Positions 9,841 to 20,293 are shown, counted from the first letter of the stretch. The stretch: 39,242 nucleotides of DNA from Cyanobacteria bacterium J06626_4 (GCA_038523235.1 JBCBJQ010000053.1:1-39242); one strand, 5' to 3'. Numbers and translations are program-made. Notes: generated from the letters alone by a model not told the origin.

Positions 9841-12800
9841 TCAAGAGGACGATTCCACAAAACTTGTTCGTTCTTGATCCGCCGATTCGACTGCCGCAGT
9901 GAGCGCCTGATCATACCCCCGGTTATCCGTTTCGCGCAGCCGTTGACTGAGGAAGCGGCACATTTCCAAAATGATGTGAGGTCGCTGAGTCACGAGGCTA
10001 AGAAAACGATTCTTGCTGAGTTTGAGTAGCGTGCAATCGGTCACCGCGATCGCTCCATCCCAGCGAGGCGCATCGTCAAACAGCGCCACCTCACCAAAGT
10101 ATTGCCCCGGCTGCAATTGTTTAAGCTCACGGGGCGCACTGTCGGTATCTTTAAGCAGCTGCACGGTGCCGTCAGCAATGATGTAAAGGTGAGTGCCCCA
10201 GTCGCCCTCAGCAAAAATGGTTTCATCAGCCAGGGCTTGAGTTTGCTCCAGGCTTTGGTCAATCAGCAGCAGCTCGTCCAATGAGAGATTCTTGAAAAGG
10301 GCCACCTTTTTGAGCAGTAGCAGTCGGTTCATGGCGGTATTGGTCAGTAACGTTGACGGATCAATCACGCCAAAAATTTGGCTGGCGATTTGCTTAACAA
10401 AAGGATCAGGGTCATTGGCGAGCGCGGAGGGAATCGTTGCCAGGGCGATCAAGGCCCCCGTCTTGAGCCAGCGGTCGTTGGCTTCTAAGGCTTCCAACAA
10501 CATATGATACCCCTTGGTTCGTAGCCATTGCGGGGTGGCTTGAAGGCGGCTCGCCGGTAACTCAGCACGATGCTGAGCCTCTAGCAAAGGCATCAGGGGC
10601 ATGACAAATCGACGGTGATTAAGCGAAGCCAGAACTTCGAGGGCATTTTCCAGCTCGCTTTGATCTTGAATCGTTAGTAGGCGATTGACGGTGTTCACCG
10701 TTTGAGCGTGCCCCAATGCGGAGAGCACGTACAAAACTTTCTGGATGAGGCGGTGATGGTAATCCGCGATCGCCACCCGCAGCGGCTGCCAGCGCGGATC
10801 CTCAAGCGGGATTTGCTGCTGCCATTGACGGGTGCGCGTCAGCTGCTTATAGCTCGGCGTCAGGTACTCAAACAACAGGTTACTGGCATACTTGGTGCGC
10901 ACCAGGCCAATAGCGGTGATGACGGTGTTCACCACGTCTGGTTGCGCCGCCTGCAGCTGGGCCTGAGCGATCGCTAACCCCGGTCGACCATACGCCGCGA
11001 GGGTGCTAGCGACTCGCTGACGCACGCGCGGATCGGGGTCACCCAGACTATTACTGACGACTGCCAAGTGTTCCGCACAGACCGTGGCTTTGAGCAAATC
11101 GAAGGCGGCCATCCGCACCCAGGGATCAGGGTGATCCACCTTGGTCTGAGCAATGGCAGCAACGGCCTCGTCATCCCGTTGGGTCAGGGGTAGCAGGGCC
11201 TCTAAACCGGCCCGCACGACATCCGCGTTGGCTTGAGTCAGCACCACCTGCGGAATCAGGGGAGTCAGTGTCGGATTGTGGCTGTAGGCCACGACCCGAG
11301 TCACGATGCGGGCCGTGGTGCTATCGAGTTCAGCCCAGGTGACGGGTGCCGTGGGGTCAACAATCGTTTGGGCAATCGCGCCCAGCACCTGGAGATCGGG
11401 GGGGGAGGCCTGCAGCCAGGTGTCGATCTGCGACTGATTCGGGCGATATTGGTTAATCAGCAGAATCTCTAGGGCAAACGCCTGCAAATTCGGGTGCAAG
11501 AGGCGTTCCTGAAAGTGCTCAAGCAGATCCGGGCAGTCCATAAATAGGGCGATCGCGGCCCCATAGAGCGGCGTATCAGCCGTTGGAATCAAGGCTTCCA
11601 CGTCAGGCAGAAAGTCGGCTGGCTGATTCATTCTGGCGGCCAGCTCCACCCCTTTGAGTTGGGTATAGCGGTCGGCGTCGGTCAGCAGCTCACGCACAGC
11701 GTCGCTCGATTGAGGCGATAGCGGTATCGCATAGCTATCAAACTCATCGAGGTGGATGCTGTTAGAGCGAATCATGGCTTCTAACCCGCTGGCGTAGAAT
11801 CGCCCCATCGGCAATCGCAGCAACAGCAGCAACCCGGTTAATCCGGCGACTAGCCAGGCAATTTGCATCAGGCTCAGCTGGGTTTCACCTACCCACAGCA
11901 GCGCGCCCGCTAGCGTCAACCCCAAGGCGTAAATGAACCCATCACTCAACGTGCGAATCCGCCCGATAAATTCGCGCGGAATGGCGTTGTAATTGAGCTG
12001 GTGCACCGGCAGGTTAATGGCTTTGTAAAGCGCATCGCCATTGATGTGGAGGCCGATCGCGGCGGGCAACCCAAACTGGGAGAGCAATCCCAGAAAGCTC
12101 ATCAGCGTGGTTAGGGGATAGACCGGATTGAGCCGAGCGACTCCCAGATTTTTTAACAGGGGGCGAGTAATGCCATAAATCACCGCCATCTGCACCATAC
12201 TGATGAGAATTCTCATCAATCCTAAAAAGCTCGTCAGGGCTTGATCGGTGAAGCGATCGCTGTAAATGTTGAACCAGATAAACTCAGAACCGATGTAGAT
12301 AATCACCAACAGAAAGCTACTGCTCGCCAAAAACAGCGCTAACGGATAGCGTTTGACCAGCCCCGGAAAGGTTTTGAGCGAGTCTAAGATATCGACGGCA
12401 GCGGCAGTTGATTTAGCTGCCGTTTGCTGGCGTTGAGAACTCTCTAAATAAATCAGCTGCACAATCCCCAGCACAAAGACAACCGGTAGGCACAGCAGCA
12501 AATCTCGGGTTCTCAAGACCTGGGCCAGCAGCATGGTCAGTCCGCCCCCGACAAGGGTGCCCGCCGCTTGCGCAATCGCAATGTAAGGGGCGTTCCGTTT
12601 GTATTCAGCCGTAGTGAAATAGTCGGTCAACAAACTCGGGTACAACACATTGTTGTGAAAATCCCATTGAAAGAAGACCGCAATCAGCAGGACATAGTAG
12701 CCGTAAGGGGCGGCAGAGGCCTGTGCCAACCAGAGCCAGAGCCCCAGCGCGATGACGATAGACCCCATGAGCACATACCGCAGCAGCTTGGGCCGACTGT

Positions 12801-13023
12801 AACGATCGACCACCTGAGAAAACAGCACATAGGCCGGCATGGAACAGAGGCCAATCAGCATGAACGCTAAGGGCAGATGTTGAGCCCCCACATAGCTGAC
12901 GAAGAGCGAGTTGCCGATCGCCATCCCCAAAACGCTGTAAACCATGATTGTTGCGGCTAGCAGCAACAATTGGGTGAGCCGGTTAGGCCAGATTCGCAGC
13001 CATTGGGGTCGAGTGAGTTGCAC
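9841..13023 (-). CDS. Fusion of MFS/TLC-like membrane domain, HEAT repeats and C-terminal cyclic nucleotide-binding domain
   Basis: About 11-12 hydrophobic segments in the first ~410 aa, HEAT repeats (DPDPRVRQRVA, HPDPWVRMAA), and a cNMP domain (IFAEGD.G..LYII..G.V, GQYFGEVALFDDAPR...A.A). Confidence 0.88.
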   Translation of the reverse strand: MQLTRPQWLRIWPNRLTQLLLLAATIMVYSVLGMAIGNSLFVSYVGAQHLPLAFMLIGLCSMPAYVLFSQVVDRYSRPKLLRYVLMGSIVIALGLWLWLAQASAAPYGYYVLLIAVFFQWDFHNNVLYPSLLTDYFTTAEYKRNAPYIAIAQAAGTLVGGGLTMLLAQVLRTRDLLLCLPVVFVLGIVQLIYLESSQRQQTAAKSTAAAVDILDSLKTFPGLVKRYPLALFLASSSFLLVIIYIGSEFIWFNIYSDRFTDQALTSFLGLMRILISMVQMAVIYGITRPLLKNLGVARLNPVYPLTTLMSFLGLLSQFGLPAAIGLHINGDALYKAINLPVHQLNYNAIPREFIGRIRTLSDGFIYALGLTLAGALLWVGETQLSLMQIAWLVAGLTGLLLLLRLPMGRFYASGLEAMIRSNSIHLDEFDSYAIPLSPQSSDAVRELLTDADRYTQLKGVELAARMNQPADFLPDVEALIPTADTPLYGAAIALFMDCPDLLEHFQERLLHPNLQAFALEILLINQYRPNQSQIDTWLQASPPDLQVLGAIAQTIVDPTAPVTWAELDSTTARIVTRVVAYSHNPTLTPLIPQVVLTQANADVVRAGLEALLPLTQRDDEAVAAIAQTKVDHPDPWVRMAAFDLLKATVCAEHLAVVSNSLGDPDPRVRQRVASTLAAYGRPGLAIAQAQLQAAQPDVVNTVITAIGLVRTKYASNLLFEYLTPSYKQLTRTRQWQQQIPLEDPRWQPLRVAIADYHHRLIQKVLYVLSALGHAQTVNTVNRLLTIQDQSELENALEVLASLNHRRFVMPLMPLLEAQHRAELPASRLQATPQWLRTKGYHMLLEALEANDRWLKTGALIALATIPSALANDPDPFVKQIASQIFGVIDPSTLLTNTAMNRLLLLKKVALFKNLSLDELLLIDQSLEQTQALADETIFAEGDWGTHLYIIADGTVQLLKDTDSAPRELKQLQPGQYFGEVALFDDAPRWDGAIAVTDCTLLKLSKNRFLSLVTQRPHIILEMCRFLSQRLRETDNRGYDQALTAAVESADQERTSFVESSS

Positions 13024-13096
13024 AGATAACGGGTCGGTAAGGTGAATGGAGCAATCAGCGTTGGGGATAGTCGGTGGTCAAAGCCTGGTATCAAGA

Positions 13097-14563
13097 TTAC
13101 GGCAGCGATCGCTCAGCCGCTTCCGGCGCTGGGTCAGGCTGAGCGGTTTCAGCAGTTTCAGTTGTTACTGAGTTATCCCCAGATGTGACGGCAACGCTCA
13201 CGGGCAGCTGCACCCACAGCGTTAAGACCGCTGCGATGAGCAAAAAGACGCCACCCACCACCACGGCTGCTAAGCGATTATCGTGGAGCACGTACTGCAT
13301 GACCCAGCCAAAAGCTAAGGAAACGCCAATCTCAGGCAACACTACGAAGAAGTTGAAAATACCTTGATAAATCCCGCGCTGTTGGGTCGGAATCGCATGG
13401 GTCAAAATCGCATAGGGAATCGATTGCGCACTGGCCCAAGCCGTGCCAAACGCCACCATCGGCAACAGCAGGAGCAGCGGCTGATGAATCAATAGGAGCG
13501 AAATGAGCCCCAGGCCACCGCAAGCAAGACACAGGCTATGGATGGCCTTACGGCCTAGTCGGTGCGTCAGCGCGGGGAGCACGAATGAGAACCCAATGCA
13601 GACGGCGTTGAACACTGCAAAGCAAACGCCTGCCCACTCAATCCCCTCGTCATACAGGGCGGAGTTAAAATCCACTGCCCCAAAAATGTTGCGGGCCACC
13701 GCCGGGGGAAAATAGATAAAGAAGCAAAAAATACCCAGCCAGGTAAACACCTGCACCCAAGCCAACTGCTGCATGGTTTTGGGCAGCTTGCCCAACGCTT
13801 GCCGAGTCTCTAGCAGGCTATTCAAAAAGCCGCCTCGTTCTTCTTGCAGCTGCTCAAAGCGATCAAGATTCGGGGGGGGAGTTTCTGGAGTGGTCAGCAC
13901 CGTCCAGAGAATGGTGCCGAGAAACAGCGCCGCGCCTAGATAAAAAGAGAACTCAATAGTCAACGGAATGCGACGCACCGCCGTCGTTTCTGGATTGACG
14001 GCAAACACATGGTTGAGCACCCAGGGCATGCTGGAAGCCGCGATCGCACCGATGCCCACCATAACGCTCTGCATCGCAAAGCCCTGGGTTCGCTGCTCTT
14101 TGGGGAGCAGGTCGCCGACGAAAGCGCGAAATGGCACCATGCTGATATTGGCGCTAGTGTCTAACAGCCATAGCAGCCCCGCCGCCATCCATAGGGCCGA
14201 GCAGTGGGGCATTAAGATCAACGCCACTGAGGCCAAAATCGCACCGATCAACAAATAGGGGCGACGGCGGCCTAGAGGCCCCCAGGTGTAGTCGCTTAAG
14301 TTGCCGATAATGGGCTGCACAATGAGCCCGGTCAAGGGAGCCGCCAGCCAAAGGATGGGAATGGCGTGGGCACTGGCCCCGAGATGCTCAAAAATGGAGC
14401 TCATGTTGGCCATCTGTAGCCCCCAGCCAAACTGGATGCCCAAAAAGCCCACGTTCATATTCCACAGCTGAAACAGGTTGAATGTTGGTTTAGCAGGCGC
14501 TGTTGCAGTCGCTTCTACAGATTGAGACTCAGGCAAGATATCTGAAGTTATTTCAGAAGTCAT
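13097..14563 (-). CDS. MFS/GPH sugar transporter (sucrose/maltose permease, SLC45/MalT-like)
   Basis: WNMNVGFLGIQFGWGLQ, LWLAAPLTGLIVQPIIG..SD.T...LGRRRPY, LD.S.N.SM.PFRA.VGD, G.Y.GIFNFF.V.P. Confidence 0.9.
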   Translation of the reverse strand: MTSEITSDILPESQSVEATATAPAKPTFNLFQLWNMNVGFLGIQFGWGLQMANMSSIFEHLGASAHAIPILWLAAPLTGLIVQPIIGNLSDYTWGPLGRRRPYLLIGAILASVALILMPHCSALWMAAGLLWLLDTSANISMVPFRAFVGDLLPKEQRTQGFAMQSVMVGIGAIAASSMPWVLNHVFAVNPETTAVRRIPLTIEFSFYLGAALFLGTILWTVLTTPETPPPNLDRFEQLQEERGGFLNSLLETRQALGKLPKTMQQLAWVQVFTWLGIFCFFIYFPPAVARNIFGAVDFNSALYDEGIEWAGVCFAVFNAVCIGFSFVLPALTHRLGRKAIHSLCLACGGLGLISLLLIHQPLLLLLPMVAFGTAWASAQSIPYAILTHAIPTQQRGIYQGIFNFFVVLPEIGVSLAFGWVMQYVLHDNRLAAVVVGGVFLLIAAVLTLWVQLPVSVAVTSGDNSVTTETAETAQPDPAPEAAERSLP

Positions 14564-14818
14564 TTCAGTAGTATGTATGCGCCGTTGCGGTATCCGTTTG
14601 AGAGGCTGTGCCGGCAGGGCAAATCCTGACCGGAATGTCCTCTGGGTTCCAGTCTAGGGAAAATCAACTTTGAAAGTCCTGACATCTGGCACCGAGGAGG
14701 TCGGTTCCAGCTATGTGATAGCTTACCAAACCCCATCCGGGAGGGCCGGGCGATCGCGGCTTGAACTCGCTAGTACTGTCTGGCAGAAGTCTCCCGATCC
14801 TGGGGCTGTTACCCCCCT

Positions 14819-14846
14819 TGAGCCCTAGACCCTGAACCTCAAACCC
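14819..14846 (+). repeat. Degenerate heptamer tandem repeat
   Basis: TGAGCCC TAGACCC TGAACCT CAAACCC. Confidence 0.5.
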
Positions 14847-14962
14847 AACATCATCGCTAATTGATTGAGATATTCAAGCAGTACATTCTCCTGATTCGTG
14901 AGGCTGACGACGTGTAAGTTTTTAGATCAGAAAAATATCTTATCTGGAAGCAATTGAATGTT

Positions 14963-16363
14963 TTATGAGTTCCTGACGACAGAAGACAAGATGAACATTT
15001 TCGAAACTCGATTCAATATGCGAGACTCGTCGATTGGGCCGTCAGAAAACCAGACGATATTTCCAGATAAATCGATGTATCCCCATTCGTTCACGTTCTC
15101 AAATCTAGCAAGTCCGTTCTTAAAAGGATAGGCTTTATCGAAATTGGGTTCTATAACAATACTTCCAGACTTGTCGATATACCCATATCTCCCCTCTGTG
15201 CCCCTAAATAAAGCTCTGCCATCATGGAAATTTCTACTCCACGGAAACTCTGAAGGCATAGCTCGAATCGCCTGTATTGGCTCAATTATTAGCCTTCCAT
15301 GTCCATCAATATATCCATACTTATCACCAGGATTCCTCTGTATGAGTGCTAATCCTTCAGAAAAGTCTCCTATATAGTTATAGTGATTTTGGACTACGAC
15401 ATTCCCTTCTAAATCAATAACGCCATATTGAGAATTGGCTATAGTGATAGCACGACAGGGAGAATCGATATCGATTAATTCATACTTTAACGGGATGATA
15501 AGTTCTCCAGCATTATTTATCAAACCGTAGACTCTTCTGGACGGCCTACCCAACAAGATAGATAGTAAATTTGTTCTTAGCCTGTATACAGGTGCTCTCC
15601 CATAGGAAAATCCAATTCCTTCAATATCGATAGAGAAATCGTTGCCTGCAAGAATACTGATGCTTCCCTCTCGGTCAATATAGCCTTGGATGTCGTAGTC
15701 GTCGTTGAAGCCTGTAAAAACAGCCAGTCCCTCTCTAAAACCTCTGACTTGCTTAAAAGAGTTTTGGGTGACGTAGTGACCACTTTCATCGACAAGTTGC
15801 CAATTATCTTCGACTAAAACGAAAGCTCGCCCTTGAGAAAATTTAGTAATCTTTTTGAAGGCTGGAGGAAGGATATATTCACCGCTCTTATCAATCAATC
15901 CCTGGTTGCCATCGACAGTGACAACGGCCCTTCCTTCACTAAATGGAGTAGCAAAATTAAAGACAGGCTCAATCACGATTGAACCTGAAGTATCAATATA
16001 TCCCCAGCGCCCATCCCAGACAGATTTAACAGCGGCTAAACCTTCTGAGAAATCAGTGACCTCTTTGAATCTGGGTTCTACGATCGCATTGCCATTGCTA
16101 TCGATAAAACCCCAAGCTTCTCCTTCGTTGACCTTAAAAAGGTCGTCTTTGTTCGCACCGGCTGTGATCGCGGATGAATTAACAGTTGTCTCTGGGCAAA
16201 ATGGCTCTTCAGGACTAGCGACACCCTCAAAACAGCCATAGCAGAAGAAGGAACAAACTAAAATAACAGCAGATTTGGGAATTATCTTTACTCTTCGGGA
16301 AGTTGCTGTGCGGCTAGTGCCCTTCTGCAGGGGATGCCGACTTCTGCTCTGTTTTTGGAACAT
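14963..16363 (-). CDS. WG (KWG)-repeat protein, probably exported or a lipoprotein
   Basis: Repeated WGYID.SG.IVIEP.F..A..FSEGLA.V units and a hydrophobic stretch ending FCYGC. Start is uncertain. Confidence 0.9.
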   Translation of the reverse strand: MFQKQSRSRHPLQKGTSRTATSRRVKIIPKSAVILVCSFFCYGCFEGVASPEEPFCPETTVNSSAITAGANKDDLFKVNEGEAWGFIDSNGNAIVEPRFKEVTDFSEGLAAVKSVWDGRWGYIDTSGSIVIEPVFNFATPFSEGRAVVTVDGNQGLIDKSGEYILPPAFKKITKFSQGRAFVLVEDNWQLVDESGHYVTQNSFKQVRGFREGLAVFTGFNDDYDIQGYIDREGSISILAGNDFSIDIEGIGFSYGRAPVYRLRTNLLSILLGRPSRRVYGLINNAGELIIPLKYELIDIDSPCRAITIANSQYGVIDLEGNVVVQNHYNYIGDFSEGLALIQRNPGDKYGYIDGHGRLIIEPIQAIRAMPSEFPWSRNFHDGRALFRGTEGRYGYIDKSGSIVIEPNFDKAYPFKNGLARFENVNEWGYIDLSGNIVWFSDGPIDESRILNRVSKMFILSSVVRNS

Positions 16364-16406
16364 CGCTCTGAATTCCTGCCTATAACAACCTCGGACTTCT
16401 CTAAAT

Positions 16407-17729
16407 CTATTTCGGACCAGACATTGGGGAGGGCAATGACGGGTTAGTGTTGAGGTCTTTGACGAGTAAATCTTCTTGATGCCGCAGCGTGTTCATCGCA
16501 ATTTCCCAAGGAAAGGTAAACGATTCAAAGGAGTCGCCTGAAATCAAATCATTGTCGAGATCAGAAACGACCTCTTTGAGCATGGTGAACAATTTGCTGC
16601 GTAGCTGTTGCAGTTGCTCAATCTGCTCAGTCCGGTTGATCTGATCAATCAAATCCAACAGCTCCACGTTGTAGAAATCGGCACGATTTTTTTGCTTACC
16701 CTTGAGCCAAATCTTGAACTGCCAAAGGCTCGACCCCAACAACACCGAGACCGAGAGTAAAAGCCCAATCGGTTCGGCATATTCGACAATAAATTCGGGC
16801 TGGTCGCGATCGTAAAAGGCCTGCGCCCCCGGATGCAGCGGCAAGCCCAAATCGTTGCCCGAATCGGGTAAGCGAATCAGAGCCGCACGAGGATACCGGC
16901 TCACCAGTTCATTGCGATGGGTGTATAGCGTTTGCGTCAGGGCATGGGCGACCTCATCGGGCAGGTCTTCGTGAATCACGAGCACGGCATTGACCGCGAC
17001 GACCGGCAAATCGCGAGCGGGCAGCGGTCGCCCCCCATCGTAGGTACCCTTGGGAATCGTCTGCGCCTCTAAATAAGGCAGAGAAAGGCGTAAAGCATCG
17101 ACCTGATTGATCGCGAGTAGTTCGATCGCCTCATTTTGCAAAACGGTTTTCATCGACGGATTGCCCAGCGTAATCACGCGAAACAGGGCATCGACCTCGC
17201 CAGCAGCCAGCGCCTGCTCGGCCTCATCGGGGGATTGAGGTGTAATCTGAAGATCTTCAGCGGTGAGACCATAGTGCTCACTTAGCGGCCAAAACAACGC
17301 ATAGGAGCCACTCCCCTCGGGCATCAGCGCCAGGCGACGATCGCGCAAGTCCGCCACGGTTTGAATGTTGGCATCTTTGCGCACCAGCAGATGAAACATT
17401 TCGGGAAAGAGTCGGGCGATCGCCCGCACGGGCCGTTCCACCGGCGTATCGCTCTGCACTAAGGCTAACTGGGCCCCATCATCCCGCAGCAGCCCCATAT
17501 TCTCAGCAGAACCGGCAGTTTCCCGCACCGTGATTTGAATGTGAGGATGATTGAGCTGCACAACGTCAGCAAAGGCTTCGCTAAAGGCGTAATACTCCCC
17601 CGTTTTGCTGCCCGAGGCCAGCGTCAGCTCATAGACCCGGCTGCGCTCTTGCCAGGTTTTGAGGCCAAAACCCACAGCACCCAAAACGCTGAGGAGCACG
17701 ATCCCGAAGGTGACTCGATTATTCATCAT
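16407..17729 (-). CDS. TAXI-family TRAP solute-binding protein with C-terminal membrane anchor and helical tail
   Basis: LASGSKTGEYY, ETAGSAEN, LALVQSD, LFPE.FHL.VR, SGS, IPKGTY, PLHPGA.AFY, then a TM segment (PIGLLLSVSVLLGSSLW). Confidence 0.9.
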   Translation of the reverse strand: MMNNRVTFGIVLLSVLGAVGFGLKTWQERSRVYELTLASGSKTGEYYAFSEAFADVVQLNHPHIQITVRETAGSAENMGLLRDDGAQLALVQSDTPVERPVRAIARLFPEMFHLLVRKDANIQTVADLRDRRLALMPEGSGSYALFWPLSEHYGLTAEDLQITPQSPDEAEQALAAGEVDALFRVITLGNPSMKTVLQNEAIELLAINQVDALRLSLPYLEAQTIPKGTYDGGRPLPARDLPVVAVNAVLVIHEDLPDEVAHALTQTLYTHRNELVSRYPRAALIRLPDSGNDLGLPLHPGAQAFYDRDQPEFIVEYAEPIGLLLSVSVLLGSSLWQFKIWLKGKQKNRADFYNVELLDLIDQINRTEQIEQLQQLRSKLFTMLKEVVSDLDNDLISGDSFESFTFPWEIAMNTLRHQEDLLVKDLNTNPSLPSPMSGPK

Positions 17730-17812
17730 TCAGCAACCCGTGCCCGGTATCAACAAGACCCGCTATGTCTGATGCTACTGGATGACGGTGGCAGTCAGAA
17801 GGGCTATCTTAG

Positions 17813-18391
17813 TTGGCGAATCGGCGTGATCGATGCCTGTATCGTTCATCCGTTGACCGAGACTCTGTGACTCAGAGGAGGACGATTTTGTCACCGATAC
17901 CCCCCGTTGGCCCTTGGACAATGGCCGGACAGATTGCATCGATCACTTGGGTACCCGAGCATCAGGAGCCAGCTGTCCCAGGCATGTCAGGCATGCTGGG
18001 GTGCGATCGCACCTTTCCCGCCCATTACCGGGTGTTGCTGCGAACGACTCACCTCTCTTTTGATCGCGATCTCGATGGTCTCGGGGACTGGGGCTCCAAA
18101 CTGTTACCGACTCAAGTATCGCTAACCCACCTCGCCCCGCCGAGAAAACGGTTTTGGCGATGGCTGTTGCAGTGGCTCAGAAAATTTTGGCCGCGTCAAA
18201 GGCCAAAGCGCAGCCGCCCAGAACCCCGAGGATTTATCCTCAAGCTCCCCCATGCTGAACCTGATGGGTTTCTGCAAGCCGGTATGACTATTCGCGTGGT
18301 GGGATACTGTGAATCGGGCGATGAAGGAGGCATCTGGACAGAGTTTCAGCAGATTGATGTGCTGCCTCCATTGACCCAGTCCAGCAGATAG
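17813..18391 (+). CDS. Hypothetical protein
   Basis: 192 aa ORF filling the gap between TAXI and the next gene; a start at ATG 17921 is also possible. No recognised motif. Confidence 0.55.
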   Translation: MANRRDRCLYRSSVDRDSVTQRRTILSPIPPVGPWTMAGQIASITWVPEHQEPAVPGMSGMLGCDRTFPAHYRVLLRTTHLSFDRDLDGLGDWGSKLLPTQVSLTHLAPPRKRFWRWLLQWLRKFWPRQRPKRSRPEPRGFILKLPHAEPDGFLQAGMTIRVVGYCESGDEGGIWTEFQQIDVLPPLTQSSR

Positions 18392-18542
18392 GAGCCGAGC
18401 GATTTAGCTTCGGGCAAACTGTCACAGCAGGCTGAAAACCAGTCTGCTAACTCATGAGGGGTGCCAGTCAAGACGCTCACCCAAGAAAACAATTTTACTT
18501 GACTAAAGATATGACGAAAACCGCGATAACATCCCTCGCTAA

Positions 18543-18866
18543 TCAACCGTTCTCATAATCATTTGAGGAATTACAAACGACGTCCCCACTGGAATTTTCG
18601 ATGGAGAAAGCATCAAACTCCCTACCTTCAAATTCACCTGTTACGGTAACTTCTTCATCCACAGCGATGGAGCTGGCCGTATTATCGCCACAGAGATTAT
18701 AGGCATCAACCGTAATTGATCGATCACTCGCATTGAGCTGGAATCCATCTTCCCAAACGCGATCAACATTGCCTGTCAAGGTGGCTTCTTGAGCTTGAGA
18801 AGTTGTGCACCCACCGGCCAGGGCAATAACTCCGATAAAAGTGAGAACTGCAGCGGCTGTCTTCAC
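18543..18866 (-). CDS. Small lipoprotein, probable OB-fold
   Basis: Lipobox-like LAGGC, followed by a beta-rich TLTGNV.RV.EDGF.L....ITVD...VTVTGEF...EFDA..I pattern. Confidence 0.7.
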   Translation of the reverse strand: MKTAAAVLTFIGVIALAGGCTTSQAQEATLTGNVDRVWEDGFQLNASDRSITVDAYNLCGDNTASSIAVDEEVTVTGEFEGREFDAFSIENSSGDVVCNSSNDYENG

Positions 18867-19058
18867 ATTCAGGGCCTCATCTTTACAAACAGAATTAACG
18901 CCTTTTCAAAATATCACTCCCTAATAGATAGGAGAATAATGATTCTTTATCGTGGGCATTTCTAAAGTCAGCGATCGCGGTTTCAGGCCTCTCTGCTAAT
19001 ACGACCAAAAATCAAGCTGAGCACAATTTTAACGGCTTCAGACATCTTTCCTTTGACA

Positions 19059-19091
19059 ACAAGAAAGGACGTCTCAGACGTCCTTTCTTGT
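19059..19091. terminator. Perfect 16-bp inverted repeat downstream of moeB
   Basis: ACAAGAAAGGACGTCT-C-AGACGTCCTTTCTTGT, about 30 nt after the moeB stop. Confidence 0.75.
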
Positions 19092-19120
19092 CTTTTCAGC
19101 AGTCAGTTAGAGGACGCAAA

Positions 19121-20293
19121 TCAGTACTGCGGCACAGACGGATCAACGTCCTCGCTCCAGGCGAGAATGCCTCCGGCCACATTGGTGCCGTTGATGCCGC
19201 TTTCCTTAAGAATGCCGAGGGCCTTGGCTGATCGCACTCCCGACCGACAGTGCACCACCAGCTCATGGCCATTGAGCAAAGACTTCACCTTCTCAACGCC
19301 TTCACCATCTTCAATATCGGGCAAGGGCACCAGCACCGCGCCCGGAATCTGCGCGATTTCCCACTCATGGGGATTGCGCACATCTAGCAGCAGCACCTCA
19401 TCGCCTTTCGTATCCAGCAGCGCTTTCAACTCTTTGACCGTCATTTCCGGCACTGCTGACTTTTCAGCTTCCTCAGCCGCTTTGGCTTGGGGAATGCCGC
19501 AAAACTGTTCGTAGTCGATCAGTTCTTCAATGACCGGGCGCACCGGGTTGGGCCGTAGCTTCAACTCGCGGAAGGTCATATCCATCGAGTTATAGAGCAA
19601 CAGGCGACCGCTAAGGGTAGTGCCTTTGCCAGTGACAATTTTCACCGTTTCAGTGGCTTGAATGACACCAATCATGCCCGGCAAAATTCCTAAGACGCCG
19701 CCCTCGGCACAAGAGGGCACCATGCCAGGGGGCGGGGGCTCAGGATACAGGTCGCGATAGTTGGGGCCACCTTCGTAGTTGAAGACGGTGGCCTGACCTT
19801 CAAACCGGAAGATCGAGCCATAAACGTTGGGTTTGTTCAACAGCACGCAGGCGTCGTTGACCAAATAGCGGGTGGGGAAGTTGTCGGTGCCATCGACCAC
19901 CACGTCATAGGGTTCCATAATCTTCAGCGCATTTTCTGAAGATATTCGAGTCTCGTAAAGGTCGACCTGACAGAAGGGATTGATCTCCAGGATACGGTTT
20001 TTGGCCGACTCAATTTTGGGCTTGCCCACCCACGAAGTACCGTGGATGACCTGTCGCTGCAGGTTGGACTTATCGACAATGTCAAAATCGACGATGCCAA
20101 TGCGGCCAATGCCAGCAGCAGCCAGATAAAGCAGCAGTGGCGAGCCGAGGCCGCCCGTGCCGATGCAGAGTACACTCGCGGCCTTCAGGCGTTTTTGACC
20201 CTCTAGGCCAATCTCAGGCAAAATCAGATGCCGAGAAAAGCGCTCGTACTCCTCGGGATGCAGTTGAATATCGTCAAGGTTGGGATTGAGCAT
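19121..20293 (-). CDS. moeB: Molybdopterin-synthase adenylyltransferase MoeB/MoeZ with C-terminal rhodanese domain
   Basis: RFSRHLILPEIG.EGQ..LK, GTGGLGSP, SNLQRQ, DGTDNF.TRY, PSCAEGGVLG, and rhodanese DVRNPHEW / HCRSGVRS. Confidence 0.96.
   Translation of the reverse strand: MLNPNLDDIQLHPEEYERFSRHLILPEIGLEGQKRLKAASVLCIGTGGLGSPLLLYLAAAGIGRIGIVDFDIVDKSNLQRQVIHGTSWVGKPKIESAKNRILEINPFCQVDLYETRISSENALKIMEPYDVVVDGTDNFPTRYLVNDACVLLNKPNVYGSIFRFEGQATVFNYEGGPNYRDLYPEPPPPGMVPSCAEGGVLGILPGMIGVIQATETVKIVTGKGTTLSGRLLLYNSMDMTFRELKLRPNPVRPVIEELIDYEQFCGIPQAKAAEEAEKSAVPEMTVKELKALLDTKGDEVLLLDVRNPHEWEIAQIPGAVLVPLPDIEDGEGVEKVKSLLNGHELVVHCRSGVRSAKALGILKESGINGTNVAGGILAWSEDVDPSVPQY

Noticed and set aside
17726..17740. 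TCATTCAGCAACCC resembling an IS1 terminal repeat
   Set aside because: It overlaps the TAXI start codon and has no partner end or transposase trace, so it is probably coincidental.
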